A DNA stretch of 64,000 bases from Ignavibacteriales bacterium (lineage in GTDB: Bacteria; Bacteroidota; Ignavibacteria; Ignavibacteriales; DAOSCP01). Shown in pieces: positions 29,498 through 38,338 of the stretch (position 1 is its first letter; each line of letters starts with the position of its first letter). The notes under the pieces are model-generated. The model ran no database searches and was not told the DNA's origin. It worked only from the letters and a program-made list of their open reading frames with translations. The stretch lies in contig DAOSVM010000001.1 in assembly GCA_035379625.1 (NCBI GenBank), positions 159,600 through 223,599 of the forward strand, read 5' to 3'. Both the position numbers and the translations under genes were made by a program.

Positions 29498-30562
29498 TTA
29501 TTTCCTTATAATTTTTTCTTCAAATTTTTCAACAATTTCTTCGGGAGTAGGAATCATTCCACCTGTTCTTCCATGGAATTCAACCGGTACAAGTCCATTG
29601 ACTGCTAATTTCACGTCTTCAAGCATTTGACCAACATTCATTTCAATATCTAAAATACCTTTGATTTTTTTAGCATAATTATTTATTTGCTCATATGGGA
29701 AAGGGAAAAGAGTAATTGGTCTAAAGACACCAACCTTGTAGCCCTTATTTCTTGCAATTTCAGCTGCTTTTTTAGCAATTCTAGCAACAAGGCCAAAGCC
29801 AGTGAAGATATATTCAGCATCATCACACATATATGTTTCGTATCTAACTTCTTCTTTTTCTATTTGTCTATACTTATTTTGCAGATGGATGTTAGTTTTT
29901 TCCATATCTTCAGGATGCATATGAAGAGAGGTTATAATATTTCTTTCGCGGTTTTTAGGTTTTCCAGTAGTTGCCCAAGGTTCATATTCAGTAATTCTTT
30001 CTTGCTGTGGGAAAAGTTCTACTTTTTCCATCATCTGACCTATAGCACCATCTAATAATAACATAACTGGATTACGCCATTTGAAAGCTAATTCAAAAGC
30101 AAGTTTTACAAAATCGACAGCTTCTTGAATGGTAGAAGGTGCAAGCGTAATTAGTTTATAATCTCCGTGTCCACCACCTTTAACAGTTTGGAAATAATCA
30201 CCTTGGGATGGCTGAATTGTACCTAACCCTGGACCACCACGCATAACATTAACTAGAAGACAAGGTAATTCAGCGCAAGCAATATAAGAAATACCTTCTT
30301 GCATTAAGCTAATACCAGGAGAAGAAGAAGAAGTCATAACTCGTTTTCCGCATCCGGCAGCACCATAAACCATATTAATAGAAGCTATTTCACTTTCTGC
30401 CTGAAGAACAACCATTCCCGTTCTTTTGTTTGCATAAGTTGCTAGATATTCAAGAATTTCAGATTGGGGAGTAATTGGATAGCCGAAATAGGCATCACAT
30501 CCAGAGCGAATTGCTGCTTCAGCAATTGCTTCGTTACCTTTCATTAATTTTAGTTCTTTCAT
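29498..30562 (-). CDS. 2-oxoacid:ferredoxin oxidoreductase, alpha subunit
   Basis: 354 aa. 'GNEAIAEAAIRSGCDAYFGYPITPQSEI' and 'SSSPGISLMQEG' are typical of KorA/VorB/PorA. Substrate specificity cannot be read from the sequence. Confidence 0.9.
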   Translation of the reverse strand: MKELKLMKGNEAIAEAAIRSGCDAYFGYPITPQSEILEYLATYANKRTGMVVLQAESEIASINMVYGAAGCGKRVMTSSSSPGISLMQEGISYIACAELPCLLVNVMRGGPGLGTIQPSQGDYFQTVKGGGHGDYKLITLAPSTIQEAVDFVKLAFELAFKWRNPVMLLLDGAIGQMMEKVELFPQQERITEYEPWATTGKPKNRERNIITSLHMHPEDMEKTNIHLQNKYRQIEKEEVRYETYMCDDAEYIFTGFGLVARIAKKAAEIARNKGYKVGVFRPITLFPFPYEQINNYAKKIKGILDIEMNVGQMLEDVKLAVNGLVPVEFHGRTGGMIPTPEEIVEKFEEKIIRK

Positions 30563-30849
30563 TCTTTCACCATAATATTTATATCTTTAGTTACATTAGT
30601 TATTGTTGCAATATGTTCTTTATTACCATCTACTGTTTTACGATAAACTGTTATTATGCCTTCAGGGCAAACCAAAGCACAATTTGTACATCCAGTACAC
30701 TTATCATTTACTCTAACAATATAAAGATAACCTTTAGAGTTAACTTTTTTAGATAACTCTAAAGTATCTTGTGGACATGCACTGGCGCATAACTTGCAAC
30801 CTTTACATTTTTCGATATCAATAATGATATCTCCTTTGACCTTTGCCAT
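30559..30849 (-). CDS. 2-oxoacid:ferredoxin oxidoreductase, delta subunit (2x[4Fe-4S] ferredoxin)
   Basis: 96 aa with two CxxCxxCxxxCP motifs ('CKGCKLCASACP' and 'CTGCTNCALVCP'). Confidence 0.85.
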   Translation of the reverse strand: MAKVKGDIIIDIEKCKGCKLCASACPQDTLELSKKVNSKGYLYIVRVNDKCTGCTNCALVCPEGIITVYRKTVDGNKEHIATITNVTKDINIMVKE

Positions 30850-31014
30850 AACAATCCCTAATTTTATTATTGTTTATATTTTGAAATTAATAAATATTTT
30901 GATAAAAAAAAATTATTAATATTTTTTTTATCTTATATTTAAATTTAATTTAGATATTGATGTTAATCACTTTTGACAAAAATATATTAACTTATGTTTA
31001 TTTTTGTTTTAAAA

Positions 31015-31050
31015 TATAAAAAGCCGGCGAGTAAAACTACACCGGCTTTA
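31015..31050 (-). terminator. Rho-independent terminator after the Trx-TrxR gene
   Basis: AGCCGG (31022-31027) pairs with CCGGCT (31042-31047). The minus-strand read is followed by TTTTTATATTTT. It lies about 20 nt past the stop at 31068. Confidence 0.7.
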
Positions 31051-31067
31051 TTTATTCAAGGGAGATG

Positions 31068-32396
31068 TTATGCGCTTATTTTATTTTCTACATTATCTTC
31101 TAATTTGGTCTCTTCTTCAATTTCTTTTGCTGCTTGGATGGCTGCTACTGTTCCTTCTGCTACTGCAACAGTTATTTGTCTATATGGTTTTGATGCAACA
31201 TCACCAACAGCAAACACATCTTTAATGCTAGTTCTTTGAAAATTATCAGTTTTTATATAACCCCAATTATCTAGTTCAAATTTATCCTTAAACAGTTCAA
31301 GATTTGGAACCATACCGGCAAATATAAACACGCCATCAGTTTCAATAGTTTTTAGTTCTTTTGTTTTTAAATCTTCCACAACAACTTTATTTACAGATTG
31401 ACCTTCCTTTATAAATTCCCTTGGTTCATGCTCGAACATAAATTTGATTTTTGGATTGGCAAATGCTTTTTCCTGAGCCATTTTATTTGCTTGCAATTTA
31501 TCAAATTGATGCACAATTGTTATCTCATCAGCAAATTTTGCAATAAATAAAGATTCTTCAATAGCTGAATTTCCACCACCAATAACTACAACTTTTTTAC
31601 CTTCATAAAATTTAGCATCACAAGTTGCACAGTATGAAATACCTTGTCCTTTGTATTCTTTTTCTCCTTTTACACCTATTACTCTAGGCGATGAACCTGT
31701 TGAAATAATTATTTTTTTTGCTTTAATTGTCTCAACATCATCAACAACAACTACTTTATTTATTAAGTCTACACTACTAACATCAACTGCTTGTCTAAAT
31801 TCAGCACCTGCTTTTTCTGCTTGCTCAAACATATAATGCATTAACATATATCCTGGGATTGGTTCAGGAAAACCAGGATAATTCCAAACCATATGAGTTG
31901 TCTTAACTTGCCCACCCGTTAATTCTTTATCTACAACAATGGTTTTTAATTTTGCTTGCGCAGAATATATTGCTGCGGTTAACCCACCAGGTCCGCCACC
32001 TAATATTAATACATCACATTCTGTTGATCTTTTTTGAATTTTATTCAATGTTGTTTTTACTTCTTCTTCACCAATCAAAAGCGATATATTTTTAATTAAT
32101 TCACTTCTTTTAATACCACCGCGTAAAATATCACCTACTAATTTACCTTTATCATAAAATAAAACCGTTGGGGATGAAGTAACGCCTAGAGAGACTGCTA
32201 ATTCTCTATTATCTTGACGCATAATTTTTATAAATTTTATTTTATCACCAAATAATTCAGCTAATTCTTCATATTTATGAGCCAATGCTTCGCATGGAGG
32301 GCATTCAGTTGAATAAAAATCTACAATTACCTTATCGCCTTGTAAAACTTCTTTTTCAAATTCTGGTGCATTGATATACATAATCTTTTCAGACAT
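31068..32396 (-). CDS. Thioredoxin-thioredoxin reductase fusion protein (N-terminal Trx, C-terminal low-Mr TrxR-like flavoprotein)
   Basis: 442 aa. Trx fold with 'ECPPC'. TrxR part has the FAD site 'ILGGGPGGLTAAIY', redox 'CATCD' and a second dinucleotide site 'VIGGGNSAIEE'. The NADPH motif HRRD..R reads 'HQFDKLQA'. Confidence 0.85.
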   Translation of the reverse strand: MSEKIMYINAPEFEKEVLQGDKVIVDFYSTECPPCEALAHKYEELAELFGDKIKFIKIMRQDNRELAVSLGVTSSPTVLFYDKGKLVGDILRGGIKRSELIKNISLLIGEEEVKTTLNKIQKRSTECDVLILGGGPGGLTAAIYSAQAKLKTIVVDKELTGGQVKTTHMVWNYPGFPEPIPGYMLMHYMFEQAEKAGAEFRQAVDVSSVDLINKVVVVDDVETIKAKKIIISTGSSPRVIGVKGEKEYKGQGISYCATCDAKFYEGKKVVVIGGGNSAIEESLFIAKFADEITIVHQFDKLQANKMAQEKAFANPKIKFMFEHEPREFIKEGQSVNKVVVEDLKTKELKTIETDGVFIFAGMVPNLELFKDKFELDNWGYIKTDNFQRTSIKDVFAVGDVASKPYRQITVAVAEGTVAAIQAAKEIEEETKLEDNVENKISA

Positions 32397-32406
32397 ATTC
32401 TCCTCT

Positions 32407-33723
32407 TTATTTATTATAAAAATAATATGAAATTCCTAATTCTAATAAATCTTTTATTGGTCTACAATCTTTTGAAAGAATATCTCCATTCTTATTTTTG
32501 GCAATTGCTGCACATCCTCCACCGCATGCCAATTGGACACTACAATCTTTACAACCATCAATTGTTGTTACATCTCTTTCTTGCCATTTTTCAATTATAT
32601 CATTATATAAGTCAACTTGTGGATAAAATTTACCAAGCTCTTCACCTTTTTTCCCTACGGTTGCTGTACAAGAATAAATTGTTCCAGTATAATCAAATGC
32701 CCACTCTGTTTTACAACCAGGGCATGAATCAAATAGAGGTTTGGGCAATTCTCCATTCTCATACAAATATTTTGCAACAGAAAACGCTGGTTGATGAAAT
32801 TCATAAATTTCTTGATTTTCTAACATCATTTCATATATTGTTTTATACAATTCACTTCTTGTAAATAATTTATTAGCATGAGATTGGCAAAAATGCAATT
32901 CGTAATTTCTTCCAATTTGAGTTTTAAAAAACGGGCTTTTGGTCCATCCTTTTTCAATAGAAAATTTAGCTAATTTCGGTAATTCATTAATGTTTTGTTT
33001 ATCTACTACAAACCTTAAATTAACGTTAATTTTATTTGTTAAAAGTTTATCAATTCCTTTAACAATTTTATCAAAAGTAGCACCACCACCTTTTAATGGC
33101 CTTCTTTCATTATGAATATCACCTACGCCATCTAATGTTATTTGTATTTCGCGAATTTTAATATTTTTTAATAAATCAGTATATTCTTCAACATTATAGC
33201 CATTAGTAACAATTGCTAAATCTAAGTTATTTTCTTTGATTTTATTGAAAAAATACTCATTTTGTTTTATATGGCTTATTCCTGTTAACAATGGTTCGCC
33301 ACCAAATAGCGTAATATATTTTTTCCTGCCATTAAATTGATTATTTACATAATCAAAGAAAGCATCTATCACTTCAAACTTTAACAATAAATCTGGATTA
33401 TCATACCCATCTTGAAAACAGTATTCACATGCGAAATTACAAGTATACCAGGGGACAAAAAATATTTGGATTTCGTCTGTATCTCTTGTATCAATAAAAT
33501 CTAAATACAAATTTTTATATAATTTATTTTCTTGTGTTTTTTCTACTAAATACCCTTTTTCAATAAATTCTTCGGGATTATTAATATTTTCATTAACAAA
33601 TTTACTATAGGTATCTTTGTCTAATATATCAGCATTACCCGAAAGTAAATTTATAACAAAATAATCTTCAGTGTTATGAACTTTTGAAATTATATTAAAT
33701 TTGGATTTTTCCATAATTCCCAT
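32407..33723 (-). CDS. Radical SAM / SPASM domain protein (peptide- or protein-modifying maturase-like)
   Basis: 438 aa. 'CNFACEYC' (CX3CX2C) lies about 95 aa from the N-terminus. The C-terminus is Cys-rich: 'CPGC...SCTA...CKDCSVQLACGGGCA' (SPASM/twitch). It is 10 nt upstream of the Trx-TrxR gene. Confidence 0.85.
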   Translation of the reverse strand: MGIMEKSKFNIISKVHNTEDYFVINLLSGNADILDKDTYSKFVNENINNPEEFIEKGYLVEKTQENKLYKNLYLDFIDTRDTDEIQIFFVPWYTCNFACEYCFQDGYDNPDLLLKFEVIDAFFDYVNNQFNGRKKYITLFGGEPLLTGISHIKQNEYFFNKIKENNLDLAIVTNGYNVEEYTDLLKNIKIREIQITLDGVGDIHNERRPLKGGGATFDKIVKGIDKLLTNKINVNLRFVVDKQNINELPKLAKFSIEKGWTKSPFFKTQIGRNYELHFCQSHANKLFTRSELYKTIYEMMLENQEIYEFHQPAFSVAKYLYENGELPKPLFDSCPGCKTEWAFDYTGTIYSCTATVGKKGEELGKFYPQVDLYNDIIEKWQERDVTTIDGCKDCSVQLACGGGCAAIAKNKNGDILSKDCRPIKDLLELGISYYFYNK

Positions 33724-33802
33724 TTTTTACACCCGTATGATTTTGAAATAAATAAAAAGTTACAAAAAAATATTAAAATTAATCAATAAAATATTAACAT
33801 TA

Positions 33803-33877
33803 TTTAATAAAAATGTGGATAACTTTTATATAACACCTACATCACATTGATACACAGTATGTTATAGTTATCCACAT
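33803..33877 (-). terminator. Long-stem intrinsic terminator of the MFS permease gene
   Basis: Perfect 12-bp arms ATGTGGATAACT (33813-33824) and AGTTATCCACAT (33866-33877), plus an inner ATAACA/TGTTAT pairing. The minus-strand read is followed by TTTTTATT. It lies 17 nt past the stop at 33894. Confidence 0.65.
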
Positions 33878-33893
33878 TAGGTTAATAATATGT

Positions 33894-35111
33894 TTATATT
33901 TGAGGCTTATAACCTTTGAAACCAAAAAATGAAATGTAAAGATAACATAAGACTGGTAAAATAAATGCGTGGTGTATACCAATATTATCAGCAATAACGC
34001 CTTGTATAACTGGAATTATAGCGCCACCAACAATTGCCATACATAATAAACCAGATCCTTTTTCAGTAAAACGACCCAATTTTGCCAAGGATAGTGAAAA
34101 AATTGTAGGAAACATTATGGAATTAAAAAATCCAACTAAAAGTATAGAAAATACTGCTACATATCCATTAGTTAACATCGATAGAATAACCAAAACAGAA
34201 GCCATAATTGCATTTATTGCTAATAACAAATTTGGTTTTATGATTCTTTGCAAGGCTGAACCTATAAACCTACCAACCATCGCACCGCCCCAATAAAAAG
34301 TAACAAATTTTGCTGCATCAGCTTCCTTTAATCCTACTAAAACATTAAAATAATTAACAAGAAAACTTCCTATTGACACTTCGGCTCCAACATATACAAA
34401 TATAGCAACAACACCTAATACTAAATGTTTATATTCAAATATACTTTTATGTTTTTTCTCACTAATTTCCTCTGCTTCTGCATCAGTTGTATGTACAATT
34501 TTAGGTAATTTTATAAAACTAAATAATATCCCTAATCCAACCAAAACAACTGAAATTACAAAATATGGCATTTTAACAGTTGCAGCAGATGATACACTAC
34601 TTAATATCAAAACACTCCCAATATATGGTGCTATTGTTGTGCCTAGTGAATTAAAGGCCTGCGTTAAATTCAATCTAACAGAAGCTGTTTCTGGTTTTCC
34701 TAATACAACAACATATGGATTTGCTGCTACTTGTAAAATCGTAATTCCACTTGCCAGAATAAATAATGCTACAAGGAATAAAACATAACTTAAAAAATTT
34801 GCTGACGGAATAAACATTAAACTTCCAATTCCAGCTGTAATCAATCCAACAACAATACCTTTTTGGTAACCTATTTTTTCAATTAACATACCCGCAGGAA
34901 TAGAAATTATAAAATAAGCCGTAAAAAAACTAAATTGTATTAACATAGCTTGAGTATAATTCAAGGAAAAGGAAGATTTTAAATGTGGTATTAAAATATC
35001 GTTTAAGCAAGTAATAAATCCCCAAATAAAAAACAACATCGTCAATATGGATAAATAAAATCCATTACTCTTGCTATTTTTTACGACAAAATTTTGATGA
35101 CCAATTTCCAT
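33894..35111 (-). CDS. MFS sugar transporter (FucP/GluP glucose-galactose-fucose:H+ symporter family)
   Basis: 405 aa with 12 TM-like segments. 'FFIWGFITCLNDILIPHLK' is the characteristic N-terminal motif of the FucP/GluP family. Confidence 0.8.
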   Translation of the reverse strand: MEIGHQNFVVKNSKSNGFYLSILTMLFFIWGFITCLNDILIPHLKSSFSLNYTQAMLIQFSFFTAYFIISIPAGMLIEKIGYQKGIVVGLITAGIGSLMFIPSANFLSYVLFLVALFILASGITILQVAANPYVVVLGKPETASVRLNLTQAFNSLGTTIAPYIGSVLILSSVSSAATVKMPYFVISVVLVGLGILFSFIKLPKIVHTTDAEAEEISEKKHKSIFEYKHLVLGVVAIFVYVGAEVSIGSFLVNYFNVLVGLKEADAAKFVTFYWGGAMVGRFIGSALQRIIKPNLLLAINAIMASVLVILSMLTNGYVAVFSILLVGFFNSIMFPTIFSLSLAKLGRFTEKGSGLLCMAIVGGAIIPVIQGVIADNIGIHHAFILPVLCYLYISFFGFKGYKPQI

Positions 35112-35189
35112 TCTACACCTGTATTTTTTAATTAAATTATTTTTTTTAATTTTATAATTTAAATAATTTTCAAAACAAAATTAACAAAA

Positions 35190-36242
35190 ATGACATTCTA
35201 TAAATCAATATTAAACTCTTTAGAAAATCCTTTATTTGTACGTGATAGTAACAATGTTTATGTTTATTGTAATGATGCTTTTGCAAACTTGTTAACACTC
35301 GATAAAAATCAAATTATTGGAAAAAGAATTGATGAAATTTTTATAGAAAATGCTTCTGATTTTCTCCATGCAGATGATTTTCTTAAACAATTTGGACAAG
35401 CTCCAATAACTGAATATTTTTGCCCTCATCATAACAGAACTTTTTTAATTTCCAAGTCTTTATTAAAATCTTCTGAAGAATATATAATAGGAATTATTTT
35501 CGATATTACAGAAATTAAACAAAACGAGATTGAAATAGTAAACAAAAAACACCTAGATTTTTTAAATAAATTTGAAAAAATTATTCTTCTGTCAGGTCTA
35601 TTAAATAACATAACCCACGAATTAGCTCAACCAATTAACGCCATAAAAATACTTGTTGATACAAATATAAAATATAACAAAGAATTTACATATGAACAGT
35701 TAATTGAGGATTTTCATTTTATATCATCTCAACTAACTAGAATCGAAAATATTATTCAAAATATTTTATTCCTCGAAAACAGCAATTATTACCAAAATGA
35801 AGAAAAATATTCATTACACGAAACTACGATATCAGCTATACAACTTTTCAATAGTAAAATTTCTGAATTTGGAATTAAAATAACAACTGATATACCAAAA
35901 GAACATTATGTAAAAGTTTCTAAATACTACCTAGATTACATAATAAGTAATTTATTATTATTTTCTATTTCAGATTTTGAAAATATTCACTTAAATGATA
36001 AAATAATTTCAATATATTCAAAAAAATATGATGATTTTATTTCTTACGAAGTTAAAGACAATTTAACAACGCAAGAAAAAATAGTTACCAATGTCTTTTC
36101 TCATAATTTTGATAACAAATACCTAACACGTGGAATTATTTATGCTACAATTACGAATATTTTTGATAAATTAAGAATTAAATATGAATTTAGTCAAACA
36201 CAAAGTGGACGAAAATTAATATTAAAATTTCCTAACAATTAA
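35190..36242 (+). CDS. PAS-domain histidine kinase-like protein with degenerate ATP-binding boxes
   Basis: 350 aa. N-terminal PAS ('FVRDSNNVYVYCNDAFANLL...GKRIDEIF') and H-box 'ITHELAQPINAI'. In the C-terminal domain the G1 position reads 'VKDNLTT' and no G2 (GxGxG) is seen. It is 10 nt upstream of an NtrC-type RR. Confidence 0.7.
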   Translation: MTFYKSILNSLENPLFVRDSNNVYVYCNDAFANLLTLDKNQIIGKRIDEIFIENASDFLHADDFLKQFGQAPITEYFCPHHNRTFLISKSLLKSSEEYIIGIIFDITEIKQNEIEIVNKKHLDFLNKFEKIILLSGLLNNITHELAQPINAIKILVDTNIKYNKEFTYEQLIEDFHFISSQLTRIENIIQNILFLENSNYYQNEEKYSLHETTISAIQLFNSKISEFGIKITTDIPKEHYVKVSKYYLDYIISNLLLFSISDFENIHLNDKIISIYSKKYDDFISYEVKDNLTTQEKIVTNVFSHNFDNKYLTRGIIYATITNIFDKLRIKYEFSQTQSGRKLILKFPNN

Positions 36243-36251
36243 GGTTTATGT

Positions 36252-37709
36252 ATGAATATACTTTTACTTGATGACGATAAAGGTTCAAGAGAAGCATTAG
36301 ATAGATTTCTTAATAAAATTGGTTACAAAATTGTAACTGCTTCAACACCTTTTGATGCAATTGAAATATTAAGTCAAAATACCTTTGATATAATTATATC
36401 AGATGTAAAGATGCCACAAATGAGCGGTTTAGAATTTTTGGAAACAATAAAGCAAAAAAATATAAAGGGCCAAGCTGAAGTAATACTTATTACTGGATTC
36501 GCAACAATCAAAGAAGCTGTTAAAGCATTAAAATTAGGCGCATATGATTATATTTCCAAACCAATAGATATTGATGAATTATTAAACGCAATCGAAAAAA
36601 TTGCTAATGTAAAAAAATTGCAAACTGAATTAAATACAATTAAACATGACTTCCAAATAGAATTAGAAAAAACAAAAGAAACTTTTCTTACTCAAATAAC
36701 AGACTTAAAGAAAAAATTACTCGAACAGAGTGGTATCGGGCATTTAACAATTTTTTCTGAAACGATGAAATCTGTTTATACAATGGCCGAAGTAATTGGA
36801 CAAGACCCTACCGTACCAATTCTCCTTGAAGGTGAAACTGGTACCGGAAAGGAAATGTTAGCTCGTTATATTCACTTAGTAAACGAAGATGTTAATTCTC
36901 CATTTATTGCTATAAACTGCCCTGCAATAAACCCTAACTTATTTGAAAGCGAACTCTTTGGTTATGAAAGTGGTGCTTTTACAGGAGCTTTAGCAAAAGG
37001 GCAAAAAGGGAAATTTGAACTTGCTGCCGGCGGTACAATATTACTCGATGAAATTTCCGAAATACCTAATGAAATACAGGCTAAATTACTTAGAGTTATT
37101 CAAGAAAGAAAATATTTCAAAGTCGGTGGTATAAAAGAATACGATTTAAAAGCCCGAATAATTTGTACAACAAATAGAGATATTAAAAAATTAGTACAAG
37201 AAGGTAAATTTAGAGAAGATTTATATTATAGACTTACAACTGGTCACATTATTATTCCTCCATTACGAGAAAGAAAAAATGAAATTATTCCACTTGCTCT
37301 TTCGTTTTTAAAAGAATTCTCAGAAAAAAGAAATAAAAAATTTTCTTCCATCTCTAACGAAGCTCAAATAATATTACTCAATCACCCTTGGGAAGGGAAT
37401 ATCCGAGAATTAAGAAATATTTTGGAAAAAATAGTTGTATTATTTAATGATCATACATTAAAACCAACACATTTACAATTACTCCCAGGATTTAGAAAAC
37501 AAAATACTAAACCAAATGCTATAGACTTACCTATTAGTGAATATCTTGCCTCAGGAAGCAATATTGATTTAGAAAATTACATCTTGGATATTGTTAAATT
37601 TGCTTTAGAATTAAACAAAAACAATAAAGTTAAAACCGCACAGCAATTAGGAATATCAAGAGATAAGCTCTACACATATATAAAGCATTTAAAATTAGAA
37701 AATATATAA
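36252..37709 (+). CDS. Sigma-54-dependent response regulator (NtrC family: REC-AAA+-HTH)
   Basis: 485 aa. REC ('ILLLDDD...SDVKMPQMSG'), Walker A 'GETGTGKE', sigma54-contact 'GAFTGA', Walker B 'LLDEI' and a C-terminal Fis-type HTH. Confidence 0.9.
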   Translation: MNILLLDDDKGSREALDRFLNKIGYKIVTASTPFDAIEILSQNTFDIIISDVKMPQMSGLEFLETIKQKNIKGQAEVILITGFATIKEAVKALKLGAYDYISKPIDIDELLNAIEKIANVKKLQTELNTIKHDFQIELEKTKETFLTQITDLKKKLLEQSGIGHLTIFSETMKSVYTMAEVIGQDPTVPILLEGETGTGKEMLARYIHLVNEDVNSPFIAINCPAINPNLFESELFGYESGAFTGALAKGQKGKFELAAGGTILLDEISEIPNEIQAKLLRVIQERKYFKVGGIKEYDLKARIICTTNRDIKKLVQEGKFREDLYYRLTTGHIIIPPLRERKNEIIPLALSFLKEFSEKRNKKFSSISNEAQIILLNHPWEGNIRELRNILEKIVVLFNDHTLKPTHLQLLPGFRKQNTKPNAIDLPISEYLASGSNIDLENYILDIVKFALELNKNNKVKTAQQLGISRDKLYTYIKHLKLENI

Positions 37710-37730
37710 AAAAAAGTTTTTCATATTACT

Positions 37731-38282
37731 TAGCTCAGACGGTGTAGGCATAGCCCACGTGCGGCGTTGCCGCACGTGGGCAGCGGGCCGGAACGGCCCG
37801 CTAAACTCTTCTCTTCAACACCTTACATACAGTGATGTTTTTGGGCCTAAATATTCAAATCTTTATCAATACGTACCAGTTTACAATTGGTACAATTTTT
37901 TTTATAATAAAATTGTATTTACATTTATATCGTAAAATCAATTATATTGTATTTACAAATAAATTATTAAAAATTACTGATATATCTTATATACAATTAT
38001 ATTGCAAGAACAAATATGTTATTAGAAAAGTGAATATATCGAAAAATACAATTATATCGTATACGCTAATTTTAGCAATATCTATATTATTTATTCACTT
38101 TTTTTACTTAATCTAATCTATATTAAAAAAATATATAAACAACATTTAGTTATTTAGTTAAATGTAAAAATATAAAATATATAGGTAAAAATTTATTAGA
38201 ATGTATTGGGGGAAAAATTTAGGCGTCAGCCCGCCCGTGCGCCGTACGGCGCACGGGCTTTATGCTTACACCGTCTGAGCTA
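37731..38282 (-). repeat. Full copy 2 of the MITE-like structured repeat (inverted relative to copy 1)
   Basis: TAGCTCAGACGGTGTAGGC (37731-37749) and GCTTACACCGTCTGAGCTA (38264-38282). Module B is on the left: extra hairpin CCCACGTGCGGC/GCCGCACGTGGG (37754-37780) plus AGCGGGCCG-GAA-CGGCCCGCT (37782-37802). Module A is on the right: GCCCGTGCGCC-GTAC-GGCGCACGGGC (38233-38258). The ORFs at 37832-38116 and 38219-38470 are not conserved in other copies. Confidence 0.85.
37903..38061 (-). repeat. Phased iteron array inside copy 2
   Basis: Palindromes ATCAATTATATTGTA (37937), TACAATTATATTGCA (37992) and TACAATTATATCGTA (38047) are exactly 55 bp apart. The offset motif TATAATAAAATTGTA is at 37903 (34 bp before the first). 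A degenerate in-phase site is at 37882. Confidence 0.8.
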
Positions 38283-38303
38283 ATGAAGAGTATTTTTTTA
38301 AAA

Positions 38304-38338
38304 TAAAAAAAGCAAGCTCGCTTACGCTCGCCTGCTTT
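38304..38338 (-). terminator. Rho-independent terminator of the barrel gene (inverted duplicate of 26314-26348)
   Basis: The reverse complement reads AAAGCAGGCGAGCGTAAGCGAGCTTGC followed by T7, near-identical to the terminator at 26314. It lies 20 nt past the stop at 38358. Confidence 0.7.

Noticed and set aside
33813-33877. Two perfect DnaA-box consensus 9-mers (TGTGGATAA at 33815-33823 and TTATCCACA at 33868-33876) could mark oriC or a DnaA-regulated promoter.
   Set aside because: They are the arms of a 12-bp perfect inverted repeat followed by a T-run, directly after the MFS permease stop codon, which makes this an intrinsic terminator. There are only two boxes, no dnaA/dnaN context, and no clustered boxes or 13-mer DUE repeats. 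A regulatory role for the downstream rSAM gene cannot be fully excluded.
37832-38116. A 94-aa ORF inside repeat copy 2, and the 83-aa ORF at 38219-38470 reading through module A, could be protein-coding.
   Set aside because: Both products are low-complexity Ile/Phe/Leu/Lys/Tyr-rich sequences typical of AT-rich non-coding DNA. The 83-aa ORF is a translation of the GC hairpin. No equivalent ORF exists in copies 1 and 3 despite nucleotide homology. The 83-aa ORF also overlaps the real barrel gene in another frame.
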